Of a stretch of DNA of 64,000 bases, positions 13,060 through 26,101 are shown in pieces; within the stretch, counting starts at the first letter, position 1, and each line of letters opens with the position of its first letter. The position numbers were made by a program, and so were the translations under genes. Source of the DNA: Eledone cirrhosa. Lineage: Eukaryota. The notes under the pieces were generated by a model. It was not told the DNA's origin. It saw only the letters and a program-made list of their open reading frames with translations, and did no database searches. Location of the stretch: positions 48,174,001 through 48,238,000 of the forward strand of contig OZ024747.1 of the NCBI GenBank assembly GCA_964016885.1. The letters are read 5' to 3'.

Positions 13060-13388
13060 ATTTCATTTTACGTCCGCTTTTTCCCTGCTTGCAAGGGTGG
13101 GACGGGAACGGATTCTGGCTTGATTTCTACAGCTGGATGCCCTTCCTAACACCAACCACATTTACAGTGAGTGCTGGGTGCTTTTTTTGTCGTGGCACCT
13201 GCACGACCACTTTGCAGTGGAATGATATGGACCCCAGTCCCTATCATCTCATTTCTACAGCTGAGTAAACTGGAGCAATGTGAAATAAAGTGTCTTGCTC
13301 AAGGAAACAACACATCACCCGGTCTGAGAATTGAACTCACAACCTTTCGATTGCAAGGCCAATGCTCTAACCACTAAACCATGTGCCT

Positions 13389-13390
<2 letters not shown>
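13060..13390 (-). mobile_element. tRNA-derived SINE with RTE-type 3' tail
   Basis: Head GGAGGCACATGGTTTAGTGG...GAGTTCAATTC (A/B boxes), CCTTGAGCAAGACACT central domain, tail CCCACCCTTGCAAGCAGGGAAA...(ATG)n. Confidence 0.85.
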
Positions 13391-13471
<81 letters not shown>

Positions 13472-13479
13472 TGTATGTA

Positions 13480-13537
<58 letters not shown>

Positions 13538-14041
13538 GTGATCATAGTTCAAAGACCAGAAAGACACCAAATTAGGGTAGTATTCGATGCATATTAGGTT
13601 GCAGAGTAGGTATAGACATAATATGCCTCGATAAAAAGCACCCAGTCCACCCTATCAGGTGCCAATGCTGGTGCTACATTAAAAAACACCCAGTCCACTC
13701 TCTCACGTAATGCTGGTGCCACAATAAAAAGCACCCTGTCACGTAATGTTGGCACCATGATAAAAAGCATCCAGTCCACTCTGTCAAGAAGACAAATTTA
13801 GTACATGTTGTGAAGTGGCATTAAGAAAGCTATCCTGTCATAGAAATCATGCCAAAATATGACATAGTCATCTGATTTGCCTGTTTAGCCTCAGAGTGTG
13901 ACAACCTCCTTAACCTGTACAAACATGGGAAATAGACATAAAACGGTGATGATAATAATAATAATAATGATGATGATGATATACATATTACAGAATTGAC
14001 ATTTACTATTTATATAATTTCAGGTTAGTCCAGCAGATGCA

Positions 14042-14876
14042 ATGGATTGTCAGCAGGTTAACCGTATCATCCGTGTTGATGGATCCATTGGTGAGGAGAT
14101 GGCATCAGGAGAAACTGTGACGATAAGTCTGGAGGATGCAGCACAGATCATTCTTCAAGAACAAGTGATGGATGGAACTCTCCAGATCCCTCCTGGTACC
14201 TATCACATTCTCACACAGGACACACTCCAGGTGGACGAGAACCGGCTGATCGTGGCCGGATCCGATGGTATGCCAGTCATCATGCAGTCAGCTGGAGACG
14301 GTCTTCAGAACTACACTGTACAAACCGAAGATGGAGAAGCTAACATTTCTGAAGTGGTTAACACTGTCGTATCAGACGGTTCCTCGATGGACATACTGCA
14401 GGTGGCTGAGCAGACTGAGGACCTTCAGCTTCCACAGCAGACAACTCTTGTCGCAACAACAGCAGTAGCAGATGCTGTACGTGAAGAAGCTGAGAGTGCA
14501 TCAGTAGTGAGTGTTGGAGTTGGCAGTGCTGATGGTGGTGTTGGTGTGGAAATAATGAAATCTGAACCTTCAGACATTACTTCCATGGAGCTGACAAATG
14601 ATATGAATATTATGGCCACAGAACCAGAGTGCTCCGAAGACCAGAATCAGAATCAAAACCAGACTGATGAGATGGCTGCTGAAGCGTATCCTTCAGCAGA
14701 TATTGCTGCTACTGATGATGAGGCTGCTGCTATGACTCTTAATCGTAAACCTGATCTCACGTGTCCTATTGCCGTCACGGAGAGGACAGAAGTGGTGATC
14801 AATGGTAAAAAATGTGTGATGATGTTGAACTCTGAGACAGGTCAGATGTGTGCTTATCCTTTGCTGCCACCAGAAG
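14042..14876 (+). CDS. AT-hook/C2H2 zinc-finger gene, coding exon 1 (acidic N-terminus)
   Basis: Acceptor tttcag|G (exon starts 14024), ATG at 14042, 278 codons of acidic sequence MDCQQVNRIIRVDG...CAYPLLPPE, donor G|GTAAGT, phase 1. Confidence 0.9.
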
Positions 14877-15247
14877 GTAAGTCCTATACCCCACACCCCA
14901 CCTCCTTTCCTGTTTACTCAGGCAAACTGAAACCAATTTTGTCACATGCTACCAGTTTCCTCTGAGAAAAATCATGCAAATTGTTCAGCCCACCATGTTT
15001 TCATTTCATAGTGGACTGAAAGATAGTTTTCATATGTAGGGAACATGTCAACATTCACCAGTGTAGGGAAAGTGTCAACGTTCACCGGTGTTGTTTTCAC
15101 TTGACCACCTATATTTACATACTTTAATTTACAAATATTGATTATGTTTTCTCTTCTTATTACTAACACATGCACACACTTGGGGAAAAGGGATATTAAA
15201 AGATGATTATGATGATGTCATCAGATATATAAATATATATATATATC

Positions 15248-16512
15248 TTAGAGAAGAAATTCCAAACATGGAAGCATGGCCTAGAATCAAAAGGCCTTAA
15301 AATTAACCTGTCTAAGACAGTTCTAGTATGAAGGAAGGAAAATAGGGCACTGGTTCCATCTGGGAAATGGCCATGCTCAGTGTGTAGGAAAGGAGTAGGC
15401 AGAAACTCCATTTTATGTCCCAAATGCAAATATAGATTTTATATGTGGCCGGTGCTCAGGTGCAATAAGTAGCAGCAAGTGCCCACAGAATACTAGCCCA
15501 TTCCATTGCACAGATGGTTCTATAGAAATAGTGGACACCTTCCGTTACCTGGATGACAAAATCAGTAGTGGTGGAGGGTGCTCTGAAAGTACAGTAGCTA
15601 GAGTCAGAACGGGATGGAAAAAGTTCAGAGAGCTTATACCACTATTGGCCGCTAAAGGTTTCTCTCTAAAAATGAAAGGCAAGCTGTATGATGCCTACAT
15701 ACTAACAGCAAAGTTACATGGCAGTGACACTTGGGCATTGTGTGCAGAGGATCTATGCAGACTGGAGAGGAACGAAGCTTGCATGCTCTGTTGGCTGTGT
15801 AATAGTAATATACGTGAACGACAAAGCATAAATGAACTAAGTGAGAAATTAGGAATAAGAGGGATCAGATGCTGTTTACTCGAGAGAAGACTACGTTGGT
15901 ATGGTCACGTGATGCGCATGAAAGACGACAGCTGTATAAAAAAGTGCAGGGCGATCAAAATAGACGGTAGCCACGGAGTGGGCAGACTGAGAAAAACCTG
16001 GGACGACTTGATAAATTCCGACCTCACACACTTACACCTCTCCTAGACAATGTCACTGGACTGAGATCTTTGGCGCTACACAGTAATACAGAAGAACCGC
16101 CTTGCCTAAGTGCAAAGCGAAACCTACAGTCAGTAGGCACCTCTTACCAAAATACACCCCCGTCCCACTACCCCCACCCCATCCACACCACTCCCTTTCA
16201 ATGTAAAGTTATGTTGGTACCACAACATCCAGTCCTAAATAAATGAGGTCGTGTAGGTGTCACAACAAAAAAACACACAGTTCACGCTGTAATGTGGCCG
16301 TGTAGGAAACACGGTAAAATCCTCCCAGTCCACACTGTAAACGTGGTTGGTGTTAGGAAGGGCATCCAGCCTAAGAAAATCCGCCAGGCAGTCCTATACG
16401 AGCAAGACAACCAATCTTGCCTCAAGTGGGAAAATTTCCGTCTAAAGTTGGAAAATTCCCGTCCAAACCCATGCTAGCATGGAAGATGGACGTTAAACGA
16501 TGATGATGATGA
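15248..16512 (+). mobile_element. RTE LINE 3' part with 3'UTR
   Basis: KWPCSVCRKGVGRNSILC, DTFRYLDDKISSGGGC...GWKKFREL...ERRLRWYGHVMR; 3'UTR ends in (GAT)n. Confidence 0.85.
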
Positions 16513-16959
16513 TATATTACTGTGATGATATATATTGCTGTAGCTGCTGGCAACTTCTTTTCCCATTGCTAATGGTTTTTAACCAATGTTATAAGCTATT
16601 ATAGCAACACTGTGCTTACAGTTATTTTCTGTGCCTGAACACATTTTTTTTGCACTTTCTATATTTATATTAAGTTCCAGTAGTAAGTGGTTGGCAAAAG
16701 TTGTTTGATAATGACCAAAGTCAGAAATGATGATGTCATCATCACTAGTTGCCTGTACTTAGCTTCTGTTGGAACACACTAGATGGCGCTATGCTATCAA
16801 TTTTCAAATTTATATCAGAAGGTTGTGCTGAAGAGGACCTGTCCCACCCTTCCAAGCAAGGAAAAACGAACGTAAAATGATGATGATGAGGATGATGTCG
16901 CCAGATACACAGCTATATGTATTTCATATACAAGGCTATGTTAGAGTTAATGCCCTTAT

Positions 16960-17250
16960 ATATATAAATAGGGAGACACAAAGCAGTCTTTGTTTACAAA
17001 CAGCTAGCGAATTTAAAAATTAGGTAGTAACATGTGCTTATACCGTATTTGATTAAATAGAATTAGTCTGTTAGTTGGGATTTAAAAAAAAACTCTCTGA
17101 ATGGAAAAAAGGATGAGTATTGACGTACCTGGGACACGAACCTACATCAGAGAGTTTTTTTAAAATCCCAACTAACAGACTAATTCTATTTAATCATACG
17201 GCAAAAGCATGTAAACAAAGCCTGTTTTGTGTATTCCTATGTATATATAT
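16960..17250. repeat. Fold-back of a tRNA-SINE-like element
   Basis: 17030-17100 is inverted at 17146-17212, and outer arms 16960-16997 / 17211-17250 also pair; a related copy with A box TGGTGTAATGG and B box GGTTCGTAACC lies at 17853-18030. Confidence 0.7.
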
Positions 17251-17456
17251 AAAACCTGATTAATTCTTTCGTTGTTTTGGTATTGTATGGTTGGGTTTTG
17301 CCTACTGCAATTTTCAATTTGTTAAGCTTTTAAACGTAATGTTATTACTCTAAGGAGTGCTTTGCTACTCATTCCTTATTGTAGGGCGAATTTGCTTGGC
17401 CACAGCCAAAGCTTCGATTTTACTAAGCTTCCACTTGTATATATATATATATATAT

Positions 17457-17792
17457 ATCATCATCATCATTTTACGTCCACTTTTCCCTGCTTGCAAGGG
17501 TGGGACGGGAACTGATTCTGGCTTGATTTCTACAGCTGGATGCCCTTCCTAACACCAACCTCATTTACAGTAAGTGCTGGGTGCTTTTTTGGCGTGGCAC
17601 CTCCACGACCACTTTGCAGTGGAATGCTAGGGACCCCTGTCCCTATCATCTCATTTCTACAGCTGAGTAAACTGGAGCAATGTGAAATAAAGTGTCTTGC
17701 TTAAGGAAACAATACATCACCCGGTCTGAGAATTGAACTCGCAACCTTTCGATTGCAAGGCCAATGCTCTAACCACTAACCCATGTGCCTCC
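17457..17792 (-). mobile_element. Same SINE family, full length
   Basis: Same head, body and tail; flanked by (TA)n. Confidence 0.85.
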
Positions 17793-18314
17793 ATCTATAT
17801 ATATATACTTGGTATGGTCATATAGCTTCTAATTGAATGGAGGGAAGCATGGGTGGTGTGTTGGTGTAATGGTAACAGATTGGTCCGGCAAAGCGAAGAT
17901 GTGGGTTCGTAACCTATGTATGTCAATACTCATCCTTTTTTCCATTCAGAGGGATTTATAAAATCCCAACTAACAGACTAATTTTATTTAGCCAAATATG
18001 GCGTAAGCACATGTTACTACCCAATTTTTATATACATACATATATCATCATCATCATCATTCTTCGACTACTGTCGAGACGATGGATCTCACTCTCATGC
18101 CCCAGAATTCCCTGTCCCCCATATAGTGTGGTTCCGTGAGGAACAGGAACCCTGGTGCAGTCAGTTGCGTAATCCATCATCTTTTCAAATAGCTAATAAT
18201 GTGTGTGAGCGCCACTACTACACACATGTGAAAGAATTTGACAGCCAAGTCTTGAAGAAGGTGCTTTCTCCTCCGTGTGGTGGGTTACCCGGCGCCAGAT
18301 ACATATATATATAT

Positions 18315-20310
18315 CATCATCATCATCATCATCGTTTAACGTTGATGTTCCACGCTAGCATGGGTCAGACAGTTTTGTTCCATTTGATGCGGTAATGGTC
18401 GAGGGGACCATGTCTTGCTCGTACGGAAGTGTCTTTGGCAGGTTTTTTACAGCTGAATGTCCTTCCTAACAACAACCACATTTACATTGTGGACTGGGAG
18501 CCTTTTTACCGTGTCTCCTACACGACCACCTTACAGTGTGGACTGTTGCGTCACAATGGACGGAATGGAAATGGGAGGATGGGGTACTGTGTGTGGGGTG
18601 GGTGTGTATATTGGGTTAAGAGGTGCCTACTGACTAGGTTTGTATGCAAGGGAAGGCAGGTCTTCTGTACAACTGCATGGCGCCAAAGATCTTGATCCAG
18701 TGACATTGTCTTAGAGAGGTGTAACTGAGCAAGGTCAATTTTTATCACCTCGTCCCAGGTTTTTCTTGGTCTACTCACTCCATAGCTTCCATCAATTTTC
18801 ATTGCCCTGCACTTTTTTTATAGAGCTGTTGTCCTTCATACACATCACATGTCCATACCAACGCAATCTCCTCTCCAGAACACATTTGATTCCTCTTATG
18901 CTTAGTCTCTCTCTCTCAATTTGTTTATGCTTCGCCATTCGTGCACATTATTATTTCACATCCATCAGAGCATGCAAGCTTCATTTCTTTCTAATCTATG
19001 CAAGTCTTCAGCACACAACACCCAGGTATCACTACCATGTAATATTGCCGTTCGTATACAAGCATCATACAATCTGCTTTTCACTTTTAGAGAAAAACCC
19101 CTTGTGGCCAACAGCGGTATTATTCTCTGAACTTTTTCCATCCTGTTTTAACTCTGGGCTACTACACTTTCAGAGCACCCTCCACCACTACGTTCTTAGA
19201 TAGTTTACCTGTGATCCCACTACATCTTTTATGTACCCATAGTTTGCATTTGGGGCATAGAATGGAATTTCTACCTACTCCTTTCTTACACACTGAGCAT
19301 GGCTATTTCTCAGAGGGCACCTGTGCCCTATTCTCCTTTCTACATACTAGAACTTCAGTCTAGTATGTAGACAAGTTGACTCTAATGCCTTTTGATTTTA
19401 GGCCATGCTTCCATGTTTGGAACTTCTCTAGATCAGCCATAGATTCAGCTATGAGAGTTAGACCATCTACATATAGAAGTTCCCATGGGCAGCCGGTCTT
19501 GAACTCCTCTGTTATAGCCTGTAGGACAATAATAAACAGGAGGGGGCTAAGGACGGAGCTTTGGTGAACCCCTACTATTACGCTAAATTCTTCACGAAAT
19601 TCATTGTTAATTCTAACCTTGCTGACTGTTCCTCTATACATGGCTTGTATAGCTCTCCCAAGCCATTCATCCACTCCTAATATTCTAAGAGTCCACCAGA
19701 TTAACGTACGTGGGACTCTGTCAAAGGCCTTCTCCAGGTCAACAAAAGCTAAGTAGAGGAGTTTACTGTTAGCTAGGTACTTCTCTTGTAGTTGCTGTAC
19801 AAGGAAAAGAGCATCTGTGGTACTTTTACCTGACACAAACCCAAACTGCATTTCATCTAGATCAATTCGGTCCCTAATCAGTTTAGTAATAACTCTCTCT
19901 GTGACTTTCATGACCTGGTCAACTAATTTAATGTCCCTATAGTTTCCTCTATCTAGGGTGTCTCCTTTGCTCTTGTAACAGTTGACGATGATGATGCTAC
20001 GCCAGTCATTTGGTATGACCCCATTCTGTATTATTTGGTTTACTATCCAGGTGACCATAGTATGTCCCACCATTCCAGATACCTTCAACATTTCAGCAAC
20101 TATCCCTGAAGGCCCAGCTGCCTTTCCTGTCTTCATATCTCTGATTGCCTTACTTACTATACTACCATTACCTTGCACAGCTGGTCCTTCTGCTGGATCA
20201 ATGTGGGGCAGACTATCTTTATTCCACTCTTTCTCCTCATTCAGTAGCCTCTCGTAGTGACACTTCCAAGCTACCTTCTTTGAGGGCAAGTATACCATTG
20301 TCATTATGGA
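18315..20310 (-). mobile_element. RTE LINE (RT region to 3'UTR), decayed
   Basis: ORF 19360-20793 contains KAAGPSGI, NYRDIKLVD, QFGFVSGKSTTDA, AFVDLEKAFDRVP, GVHQSSVLSPLLF; downstream C-terminal part and UTR. Confidence 0.85.
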
Positions 20311-20708
20311 CACGCGTCTCCCCGACAACATAATAATTCTCCTTGACACATTGCCTCGCAATCCTGAACACCTCACGTTGTAGAATATGCATATGTACAC
20401 ACACACACACATATATATATATACATATATATATATAGATATGTATGCATGGGTTATATCGAACATTAATAATAATACTCGATTTGTTTGTAAACAAATG
20501 GCTCGATAAAAGCTGTGCTGTGCCGATGACCAATCGCCAATCGTTTGTTCAACACTGGCATTGAGGAACAAGCAACATGTTTCTGTGTCATTACTTTTCA
20601 TCAAGGCTGTATACCTCTGCCAATCTGTTGAACTGTTGAAAATATAAAGTATTTTCTTAAGTATACATCGGCTGAGTAGCCTCATTTGCATACTGAGCGA
20701 ATTACGGC

Positions 20709-20860
20709 TGGCCTTGCCGAAAACTAAAAATAAAATTAGAATTTTATTTCTCGCCCTAGCACAGCTGATACATAAATGTAAGTATACATACATTTATGTA
20801 TCAGCTGTGCTAAGGCAAGAAATGAAATTCTAATTTTATTTTTAGTTTTCAGCAAGGCCA
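20709..20860. repeat. Fold-back with ~72-bp arms
   Basis: TGGCCTTGCCGAAAACT...ACATAAATGTA / TACATTTATGT...AGTTTTCAGCAAGGCCA with an 8-nt loop. Confidence 0.85.
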
Positions 20861-20861
20861 A

Positions 20862-22105
20862 CTGTAACTCCTCTCCTGCACACAGTATTTGATTCCTCTT
20901 ATGCCTAGTTTCTCTCTTAGTTTGTTTAAGCTTTGCCATTCACATATATTACTATTACACATCCATGGGAACATGCAAGCTTCATTTCTTTCTGCACACA
21001 GCGCCCATGTCTCACTACCATGCAACATTTCTGTTCGTATGCATCATACAGTCTGCCTTTCATTTTGAAGGAAAGGCTTTTTGCAGCTAGCAGTGGTTGT
21101 AGCTCCCTGAACGTCTTCCATCCTGTTCTTACTCTGGCTACTATACTTTCGGAGCACCCACCTCTGCTGCTAATTTGGTCACCTAGGTAGCAGAAGCTAT
21201 CTACTGTTTCTACCGAGCCCTCCCAGAATTTGGTAGCACTTGCTTCCTGCAGTTGTTTGCTGCTTACTGTCCTGATAAAACTGCTAGATGTAAAGCCTAC
21301 ATTCTTTGCTAAACTCCCTGAGATCCTACTACATCTCTTGTGTACCCATAGTTTGTATATGGGGCAGAGGATGGAGTTTCTACCCGAGGGGATCTGGGTT
21401 CTGTTTTCTCTTCTACTTACTAGGACCTTAGTCTTTGTCAGGTTGACTTGAAGACCCCTTCTTTCTAGGCCCTACTTCCATGTTTAAAATCTCTTCTCTA
21501 GTTCTAACATAGATTTAGCTATGACTGTAAGATCATCTGTGTACAGGAGTTCCCATCGGCAGCCGGTCTTAAACTCCTCTATCATAGCCTGCAAAACAAT
21601 AAGAACTGAGCCCTGGTGGATGCCAACTTGTAATCTAAATTCCTCGCTATAGTCATTGTTAACCCTAACTTTGCTGGGTTCTCCCCTATACATAGCTTGT
21701 ACAGCCTTCACAAGCCACTCATCCACTCTAGTTTTCTAAGAGCCCACCAGATTATGGCACGGGACACTCTGTTGAAAGCATTCTCCAGATCAACAAATGC
21801 CAGGTAGAGTGGCTTGCTTTTAGTTAGGAACCTTTCCTGCAACTGCCTTACAAGGAAGAGAGCATCAGTGGTGCTTTTGCCTGGCACAAATCCAAAATGT
21901 ATCTCATCTAGATTTACCCGGTCACTAATCAGCTGTGCTATAACTCTTTCTGCTACTCTCATGACCTTGTCCATCAGCTTTATACCTGTATAGCTTCCTT
22001 TACCTTTGTAGCAGTTGACAATGATGCTGCTGTGTCAATCATTCGGTATAACACCATTTAGTATTACTTGGTTTACAATACGTATAGTTATGGTGTGACC
22101 TCCCA
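20862..22105 (-). mobile_element. RTE LINE fragment
   Basis: FGFVPGKSTTDALF, AFVDLENAF, GIHQGSVL, ELLYTDDL. Confidence 0.85.
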
Positions 22106-22112
22106 ACCCAGA

Positions 22113-22480
22113 TCATCATCATCATCATCATTTTTTACGTCCGCTTTTCCCTGCTTGCAAGGGTGGGATGTGAACTGATTCTGGCTTGATTTCTACAGCT
22201 GGATGCCCTTCCTAACACCAACTTCATTTACAGTGAGTGCTGGGTGATTTTTTTCCGTGGCGCCTACTTTGCAGTGTGGACTGGGTGCTTTTTTGCCGTG
22301 GCACCTCCACGACCACTTTGCAGTGGAATGATAGGGACCCCAGTCCTATCATCTCATTTCTACAGCAAAGTGAAATAAAGTGTCTTGCTCAAGGAAACAA
22401 CACATCACCCGGTCTGAGAATTGAACTCACAACCTTTCGATTGCAAGGCCAATGTTCTAACCACTAAGCCATGTGCCTCC
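22113..22480 (-). mobile_element. Same SINE family
   Basis: Same head and tail, with an internal duplicated unit. Confidence 0.8.
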
Positions 22481-23679
22481 ATATATATATATCAATGTGT
22501 GTGTTCATTCCAAACAAAGTTGATTTAAAAATAGGGCTGTGTGATTACTAGAAAATATTTAAAAAACACATGGAGGAAAAGGGAACAGAAAATGCAGAAG
22601 ACAATGCATTCGAAACAATAATGATCCACAGATGACAGCTGATGAGTGGGAATTGTCCATGTTAGCGTGGAAAATGGACATTATATGATGATGATGATGA
22701 TGATGATGATATATATATATATATATAGTAAAACGATTTCTCTAGTGCTGATGACATCAATAAAAGCACCCGGTCCTTGCTGTAAAATGGAGGTGATGGA
22801 AGTGGCATTCAGCCATTAAAAACAGGCCAAAGTACAGGGTGGAGAGGGCCAGCCCCAGAGTCCAGTAAGACAACCTCTTTAGTGCTTGTGGCACAAATAA
22901 ATGCACCCAGTCCATGCTGTAAAGTGGTTCTGGTGATAGGAAGGGCATCCAACCAGTATATTATTAATGCCAAATTATGAGCACAAAATACAAAATATAT
23001 ATCTACGATATAAATGGCATTTCTGTCTGTCTGTGTATATGTATATGTATATGTATATAACCAGTGATCCGATCCTGATGAAACTTTACACACATGTTAA
23101 ACTAATATTCAGAAACAGGACTGGCTAATTGGATTTCAATAAAAACCAATAATGGAACCCCTGGGGACATCTTTACAATGGAGGAGGAAAGAGATGTTTT
23201 AGTGAGAGAGGGGGAAGAGGAGATACTACTACTGTATGTTAAACCCTCCCTCCCACTACTCTCCTTCCTCCTTCCACTACTCCCCTTCCTCCTCCCACAA
23301 CTCAGTCTTCCAAAACAAGGCAACAACTTATTAGAAATATACATAAAGAAATTTAAATCAAAGCAGATGGCAATGCGTGTTCTTGATTGTTCTTCATTCT
23401 GTAGAGAGAGAGATGGAGTATGAGAAAAAAGAGAGAGGGGTTGAGAAAGAAAGAAAGAGAGTGAGAGGGAATGGGGAGGGGAGAAAATGATAGCAGCATT
23501 CGATAACTTTAACTTTTATTTATTCTTTTATGTTTAACTCTCCCTTTTCCTCAACCTTGTGTCCCTTTCTCTCTCTTTCACACAAGACGTACTGTGACTG
23601 TGTGTGTTGTGTGTGTTTGGGGAAGTTACAGTATCCGCGCACACACAAACATGCATCTATATATATCCATATATACATA

Positions 23680-24506
23680 TCTATATATATAAAACTGAGG
23701 ATGTGTGTGTGTGTGTGTGTGTGTATGTCTGTACCCACATAACTTCTACAGTTTGCAATCAATTTTCTTCAAATTTAGAACAAACATGCGTTATGTTCCC
23801 AGAAGTGTTGTGGACTCATAAAATTTTCAAGTTTTTGTCTAATGCAGCCTCTAGGTGGATGAAAGCTGTCTCTGGATCACCGTGACAATCACGTCACATG
23901 TGCAAAACTTAAATAATTGTTGGTTAACATTTTATTCATCTTAGTGTGTTACGTCCTCTTTCCTTTGATAATGCCTCCAAGGAAGAGATCTGCCATTGGT
24001 CAAAAAATGGCGAAAGCTGAGAGAGGGAAAAGAAGAAAAACAAATGAATCGTTAATGGAGGCTGCAATTAGACGATCGCAAGATGCTGAATGTAAAGCTA
24101 CTGCAAGAGCGTTAGAAAACTACTACGAGGAATGTTATATTTAAGACATAGGTTACTTATGTACACCGGATGGTCATGTGCACTTTCATTTTTCCAGATA
24201 TTGATTATAGGGATCCCCAGGGGCAGATAACCCCGTTTTAACCGCTTTGGAGTTGACTGAAGCACTGCAGTGCAATGCAACAAAATGTCATAACTTCTGG
24301 AGTTCGCAACCGATTTTCATCAAACTTGACACATGGGCTACGAATTGGCACATATTGTGTAGGGGACCCTTGGGGGCAGGAACCCCGTTTTGGAAAAAGC
24401 CGATGATTTTGCACAAGTATAGTTTTCGAAGCAGCACTGAAGTATTCACATGAATGCTATACATGACTGCTATTTAATACCCGAGCAACGCCAGGTACCT
24501 CTGCTA

Positions 24507-24507
<1 letters not shown>
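23680..24507 (+). mobile_element. Non-autonomous Helitron retaining the RepHel N-terminus
   Basis: A|TCTATATATATAAAA start, (TG)n, MPPRKRSAIG...RRSQDAE peptide, 3' hairpin ACCCGAGCAACGCCAGGT and CTAG|T end. Confidence 0.75.
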
Positions 24508-24530
<23 letters not shown>

Positions 24531-24538
<8 letters not shown>

Positions 24539-24589
24539 GAGCTTCTACAGGACTAGAACTGTTCTAGTCCTGTAGAAGCTCTTCTATAT
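24531..24589. repeat. Perfect palindrome with 29-bp arms
   Basis: ATATAGAAGAGCTTCTACAGGACTAGAAC-T-GTTCTAGTCCTGTAGAAGCTCTTCTATAT. Confidence 0.95.
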
Positions 24590-24661
24590 TAAAACTTTTA
24601 TACTCTGCTATGTATTGAGTACGTTACTTACTGTGGTTACCTCCAATTCAACCCGGAATAA

Positions 24662-24710
<49 letters not shown>

Positions 24711-25527
24711 ATATATGTATTCTTCAGTAGTGTTCAAAACATGACAACCCACTTCATGTTGGTTGGTGATCTTACGCGATAAATGCACCTAGTACACTCT
24801 GTAAAGTGGTTGGGATAGGAATGTCATCTAACTAGGAAACTTGCCACACAAAGTGTTGGGAGGATTGTACAGGTGTGTCAAAGATATGACAACCTCGTTA
24901 GTGTTGGTGATCTACATGATAAATTCACCTAGTACACTCTGTAAAGTGGTTGGTAATAGGAAGGGCATCTTGTAAAAACCCTTCCAAAAATGGATTAATA
25001 TAATAAAAGTTCCAAATAACTGGTGGATCATGATGATCAATCCAACTCATCCCATCATGGAAAGTTGATTGTAAAATAATTATGAAGGTGATACACACAC
25101 ACAAAGACACATAAATAACTGTCATGCAGTTATACTCAAACACACGCACATAATTCATCCACAGACACATACACCCAGACACACACACATTCATTCTCAG
25201 ATACATACACATATCTAATTATTACAAAGGGTTGAGAGGCCTCACCAGTTGTGTCAAGGACATGGCAACCTGCCTAGTGCAGGTGTTAGGATGAAATGCA
25301 CTTATTGCACTCTATAAAGTGCTGGAACATATGTAAGTGAGCTACATAAAAGCCTGTGGCCCATCTGTGAGGTCAGTAGCTTCAATTAAGTACTGACTTG
25401 CTCTGTGATGACCCTTCCCACCCATGCCAGCATGAAAAAAACAGACATTAAATGATGATGATGATATTTTCTCCTCCTATCCATATTTCCACTTCTATTT
25501 CACCTTTGACATGTCTTTTACTTGCAG

Positions 25528-25821
25528 GTCGGAGAAAACGTGGTCGACCTCGAAAACAGCCTCGTGCTGAAGAACCAGCACCTGCTGAGGCTACTGAATC
25601 TTTGGAACTCCCTCTCTTGATGCCTGACAGTAAGAGTATTGACAACAGTTTACTGCCCAAGACACCTTTGAATGGCAGCAGTCAAGAATGGTCAATGCCA
25701 CAACAGAGCCAAGTAACGAGTGTTGATAGTATTGATGATATGGCACTGATGAGTCAAGAGATGTTGGCACAAACTGAGCAGACCAATGCTGCTGAAGGAC
25801 TTCTGGAATTGTCTGCTACAG
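25528..25821 (+). CDS. ZF gene coding exon 2 (AT-hook 1)
   Basis: ttgcag|GT; encodes GRRKRGRPRKQP (AT-hook); donor G|GTAAGT; 294 nt, phase 1-1. Confidence 0.92.
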
Positions 25822-26044
25822 GTAAGTTCTGTTTATTGTTGGTTTACTTCAGCAGTGTGGAGAACTATGTTTAAAGGTACACATGTTTTTGGAGTTGATC
25901 AACCACTTGCACATTAATTTCACATTCTGTTTCATTGGTCAAAACATCTGTACTGATTGGGAGTTCAACACAGATGTTGTAGTTGTTGTTGCTGTTGTTA
26001 TAGTTATTCACTGTTTGTTATTTCATGTCTATAACTATTTATAG

Positions 26045-26101
26045 GCCCAGATGGTGTACGGCGAAGTGGAAGAATCAGACGGAAAGCAAAGACATTAGAA
26101 G
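26045..26101 (+). CDS. ZF gene coding exon 3 (57-nt basic exon)
   Basis: tttatag|GC; GPDGVRRSGRIRRKAKTLE; donor G|GTAAGT; phase 1-1; not in the ORF track. Confidence 0.85.

Noticed and set aside
13318-13390. tRNA-Cys-like gene (minus strand)
   Set aside because: This is the head of a multi-copy SINE; the acceptor stem does not pair
23066-23085. CTGATGAAAC as a ribozyme core
   Set aside because: Part of a Helitron-like 5' region; no stem II
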